Source of the DNA: Octopus sinensis
Taxonomy: Eukaryota
Direction: 5' to 3'
Assembly (NCBI RefSeq): GCF_006345805.1
Contig: NW_021826820.1
Location: 1 to 12,779, forward strand
DNA length: 12,779 nucleotides
This document shows, piece after piece, positions 8,943 to 12,779 of this stretch (position 1 is its first letter; every line of letters begins with the position of its first letter). A program made the position numbers and the translations under genes. The notes under the pieces were generated by a model. That model did no database searches. It had not been told where the DNA came from and saw only the letters and a program-made list of their open reading frames with translations.

Positions 8943-9382
8943 TTGTATACTGTTGTAGAGACCTTACGACTACACTATACTAGCGTAATCGAGAAAACGT
9001 AAGACCGGTCATAATGCGGTGCAAGAATAACTGGGCAAGCTTATCCAGTGCTCTCGAAATACCACGATTCTGGATGACCAAAACTTCATATTGTGAATTT
9101 CGATTCTGGTGCAAAGGACAGGACACGTTACGTTCTGCATCTTTATTTTCTAAATATGTTCCTTCCTCCATCTCTTTTATGCCAGTTATTTTCGTACTTT
9201 AGTCCCAAGTAAGTTCGGAGTAGACATATGATCAAAGCGTTCCAGTCGTGACCATTTCATCTATTTTGTATATTTACAATTACATTGTCGAACATGACCT
9301 TTTTCAAGACGGCAGATGTGATTTAAAATAATTTGACTACTATTTAAAGCATGTACAGCGTTTAAGCGAGACACTATAGTTG
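8943..9382 (-). repeat. Right arm of long inverted repeat (440 bp)
   Basis: Reverse complement of 7663-8083. It retains the 20-mer tcacatctgccgtcttgaaa that is missing from the left arm. Confidence 0.95.
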
Positions 9383-9529
9383 ACTTTTTGAATTACGGGT
9401 ACTACGCATTTTTACCAGCTGAGTGGACTGGAGAAACGTGAACAAGGACACAAAGCGCCGCCGGGAATCGAACTCACGTCCTTATCATCATAAGCTGAAT
9501 TCCCTAACCACTCAGTTATGCGCCTTCAC
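9383..9529 (-). mobile_element. tRNA-derived head of the split SINE
   Basis: The minus strand reads gtgaaggcgcataactgagtggttaggg (A-box-like)...gtgagttcgattccc (B-box, 9463-9477)...ccagtccactcagctggtaaaaatg. Confidence 0.75.
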
Positions 9530-9694
9530 TCATAGCGACAGCATATTAGTGAGCAGCATCCCGCGAAATAATGAGAGAGATAGTTTATATCTTTGAACCG
9601 CTACGACATGCCAACAACCTGAAGCAGTTGCAGAATGCAATAATAATAATAACTAGGCCACATGCTTTCATAGTTTTCTACAAATAGCTTGGTA

Positions 9695-10093
9695 TCTTTA
9701 CTTGTTTCAGTCATTGGACTGTGACCATACTGGGACACTACTTTAAAGGGTTTCATCACACAAATCAACCCGGTACTTATGTTTCAAGTTGGGTACTTAT
9801 TCAAATGAACCTTCTCTGTCGAACTGCTAAGTTACAGGGACATAAACAAAGCTAACACAAAGTTGTCCAAGTGGTGGTGGAAGGACAAACACACACACAG
9901 ACACACACACAACCACACACACACACACACACACACACATACAACGGGCTTCTTTCAGTTGCCATCTACCAAATATACTCAAAGATTTTAGTTGGTTTGG
10001 GGCTAGAGTAAAAGACACTTGCCCAAGGTGTCATTCAGTGGGACTGAACCTAAGACCATATGGTTCTGAAGCAAGCTTCTCAACCACACAACC
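9695..10093 (-). mobile_element. tRNA-derived SINE, older diverged full-length copy
   Basis: Reverse complement of the 852-1248 family with an (AC)n tract at ~9889-9941. Confidence 0.85.
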
Positions 10094-11030
10094 AAAAGTA
10101 AAAACTAATTATCCCCAAGATGTTTGCAATTAATGAAGTTAATTTATATTACAGATTATTATTATATATGAATGATAATAATAATTTCTTATTTAGGTAG
10201 TGGGCCAGACATTTTTGACGTTGGCAAAGGGAGAACAGTCGATTTGATCAACCTCAGTATTTGACTGGTATCTCACATTCTAGAAAATTTTACCATAGCC
10301 TTGGGAAGAAGACACAAGCTTTGTGAATGGAATTGAATTAGATTAACGAAAACTGTATAGAAGATTGTCGGGTGGACTGTGCGTATAATTTAAAGGTCCA
10401 AGCTTGACACATTGTTCTGCCTGAAATTACGTGTTTGTGGCATACGTAATACTTAAACAGAAATTCAATGTGCTGGTAATAACGCTGTTAGAACGATTAG
10501 GATACTCATCGTTAAAATCGACGGTGATCCGTGTATAATAAAGTGTACGCTATAAAAATACATATTTCTCATAATACACAAAAGTAAGTTTGTCTCTATA
10601 ATGTATAAAGTATGGAACGAAAACTGGAGAACAACAGAACAATGGTATTCTTAACTTCTATCTGCCTCCGTCCCATACACACATTGTATATGTTTTATTA
10701 TAGACACACTTTACTGTGGGTATATTTTTCATACAAAGACGAGATGCTGTAATAAAGGAAGCAAACAAGTTTTAGCATTTCGCTTTTGAAGTTCCGCGAC
10801 CCTAAATAGTCATTATGCTACTTGAGAAACTATTGGTAGAAACAGAACCGACGTTAAAGGTTGTGGGAGGCGGGGGGGGGGGGTCTCAAAAGAAATAATG
10901 TTGGTTGGGCAGACAACCCATTCTTGTAAAGGACACTCACTTTAGATGCGTTAAACCTCAGCGTCATTAGTGTATAGATAACGATAATAGAGGGTTCTAA
11001 CAGACATATAAATAGGTAGAGAGAAGTAGG

Positions 11031-11080
<50 letters not shown>

Positions 11081-11101
11081 TGTAAATAGATAGATAGATA
11101 T

Positions 11102-11164
<63 letters not shown>

Positions 11165-11183
11165 TGTAAATAGATAGATAGAT
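11031..11183. repeat. (TAGA)n / GATA tetranucleotide microsatellite
   Basis: Directly visible. The variant tgtaaataga recurs at 11081 and 11165 (84 bp apart). It explains the LSIY-repeat ORFs. Confidence 0.95.
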
Positions 11184-11324
11184 AAAGCAGACAGAAAATT
11201 GTAGGGGGAAGGGGATAGCGGATATGATTCAAACGACCTCAATACTTAACTGGTATCTGTTTCATATTATGGCCCCTGAAAGATTGGAAATCGAAAGTTG
11301 ATCTTTATATGTATATATATATAT

Positions 11325-11525
11325 AGAACGCCATGATGGACCGTTTGCTCCTACACGCATTTTTTTCTCTCCTTGTTTCTTTTCTGTGTATCTTTCTCTC
11401 GAAGAGCGTAGGCTCGAAACGTAAAAGACTTGTTCTATTTCTATTCCTGAGCGCCATACTAATACATTTATTTGTTTGTACTCCACCTGCCTTCGTCTTT
11501 TGTTTATTTTCGTAAACCTTCCCGT
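11325..11525 (+). mobile_element. Possible Penelope-like element terminal-repeat remnant
   Basis: The motif GAAGAGCGTAGGCTCGAAACGT lies in pyrimidine-rich context, similar to PLE 3' termini, and is flanked on both sides by (TA)n. Confidence 0.4.
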
Positions 11526-11547
11526 TATATATATATATATGTATATC

Positions 11548-11743
11548 CGGTGTAGGGTGTTAATATCCCCATGATTTAGTGGTTCGGCCTATATTGACCG
11601 ATAGAATATGCACTAGGCTTTAAAAAAAATTAAATATACCGCACATGTACACACGCTGATTCAATCGACTCAAAATTGTTAAAGGCGGTGTCCCAGCAAG
11701 ACCGCAGTCTAATGACTGAATCAAGTAACAATTCAAAGATAAA
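11548..11743 (+). mobile_element. Degenerate SINE 3' half
   Basis: ttagtggttcggc...gaccgatagaata...aaaggcggtgtcccagcaagaccgcagtctaatgactgaatcaagtaa aligns with 1080-1240. Confidence 0.7.
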
Positions 11744-11846
11744 ACATGAAGTACTGGAGCAAATTTTGCAAGGCATCTCGCCCTAGGTTGTAGCCATTTT
11801 GCCAACCCTTTGTTGTGGGTGGTCTCGATTACAATATATATATATA

Positions 11847-12120
11847 TTCTTTTACTTGTTCCAGTCATTTAACTGCGGCCATGCTGGAGCACCGCCTTTA
11901 GCCGAGCAAATCGACCCCAGGACTTATTCTTTGTAAGCCTAGTACTTATTCTATCGGTCTCTTTCACCGTAACGCTAAGTTACGAGGAACTAAACACACC
12001 AGCATCGGTTGTCAAGCGATGGTGGGGGAACAAACATACACACACAAACACACATATCCATATATTTATATATACAACAGGCTTCTTTCAGTTTCCGTCG
12101 ACCAAATCCACTCACAAGAC
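11847..12120 (-). mobile_element. Young SINE copy broken at 12120 (most of head and CORE part missing)
   Basis: Highly similar to 1749-2070. Similarity stops abruptly after accaaatccactcacaag. Confidence 0.85.
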
Positions 12121-12129
12121 TTGATATGA

Positions 12130-12267
12130 AAATTCTCCCAAACAAGTCAGAGATCTGTTTGCAGATCTTCCCATTCGGGATCAGTTGCTTAAAAGCTATA
12201 TAACTTGCTTACCAACCACATGGTTCTTGGTTCTGCAAACAGATCTCTGACTTGTTTGGGAGAATTT
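12130..12267. repeat. Perfect 36-bp inverted repeat with 66-nt spacer
   Basis: 12130-12165 AAATTCTCCCAAACAAGTCAGAGATCTGTTTGCAGA is the exact reverse complement of 12232-12267. Confidence 0.95.
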
Positions 12268-12314
12268 GTTGCAATTGGTTCCTCCAGAATCATATCCCAA
12301 TGATGATCATACTT
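12232..12314 (-). pseudogene. Helitron RepHel coding fragment (region between the HUH Rep and PIF1-like helicase domains)
   Basis: Translates KYDHHWDMILEEPIATNSPKQVRDLFA, fitting without gaps the recalled Helitron motif D.HWD..L.EA.....P.Q.R.LFA. Confidence 0.7.
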
Positions 12315-12779
12315 GTCGCAAAAAACATACAAACAAATCGCCGAAAACAATCGCAGATATGAAAACATAGGAATCCAAAATTTCAGGATTGCAGGTCCGG
12401 ATTTGGCCCGGAATGTTTTTAATTTTCTTACAGAGTTGGCCTTTAGATTATAAAAATTGTTATTGTACAAAAATATTTGTCGCGAAAATGTCACGTAAAA
12501 AAATTGTCGAAAACAATCACAGTAATGAAAGCTTCGGAATCCAAAATTTCAGGATTGTGGGTCCGGATTTGGCCCGGAATGTTTTTAATTTACTTACAGA
12601 GTTGGCCTTTAGATTATAAAAATTGTTATTGTACAAAAATATTTGTCGCGAAAATGTCACGTAAAAAAATTGTCGAAAACAATCACAGTAATGAAAGCTT
12701 CGGAATCCAAAATTTCAGGATTGTGGGTCCGGATTTGGCCCGGAATGTTTTTAATTTACTTACAGAGTTGGCCTTTAGA
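12313..12779. repeat. 166-bp tandem repeat (satellite-like), continuing beyond the window
   Basis: gaatccaaaatttcagg occurs at 12371, 12537 and 12703 (period 166). Unit 2 and the partial unit 3 are identical, unit 1 differs by 3 substitutions, and the partial edge unit at 12313-12370 is more diverged. Confidence 0.95.

Noticed and set aside
7823-9202. Duplicated 62-63 aa ORFs (MEEGTYLENK..., MRCKNNWAS...) as a possible gene pair or toxin-antitoxin-like module
   Set aside because: They are mirror images created by the inverted duplication, overlap antisense to each other, and show no recognisable domain in a eukaryotic repeat context.
12313-12779. Tandem array as CRISPR or as coding repeat (ORFs 12189-12494, 12389-12619)
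   Set aside because: The units are contiguous with no unique spacers, there are no cas genes, the context is eukaryotic, and a period of 166 is not a multiple of 3.

Overview
AT-rich, microsatellite-dense eukaryotic non-coding DNA. The SINE families, recognised from memory rather than by search, point to an octopus (coleoid cephalopod) intron or intergenic region. No intact protein-coding gene is supported, and nearly all listed ORFs are microsatellite or repeat read-throughs. The window holds about a dozen tRNA-derived SINE copies or fragments and a 5'-only mariner element (left TIR plus transposase N-terminus). It also has a Helitron-like 3' end, an ~80-nt Helitron RepHel coding fragment, LINE and Penelope-like remnants, a TTAA-flanked MITE-like repeat, and a 166-bp tandem array that runs off the right edge. 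Four structures are not explained by simple repeat insertion: (1) an ~80-nt pre-miRNA-like hairpin at 2671-2750; (2) a Helitron-derived snippet present three times, as an exact 38-bp match between 6841 and 12145 and as a perfect 36-bp inverted repeat at 12130-12267; (3) a ~420-440-bp, ~97% identical inverted duplication whose right arm splits a SINE in two; and (4) a satellite fused directly to Helitron coding sequence. Repeat boundaries are by eye and approximate (about +/-10 bp). I do not see evidence for a new multi-gene system.
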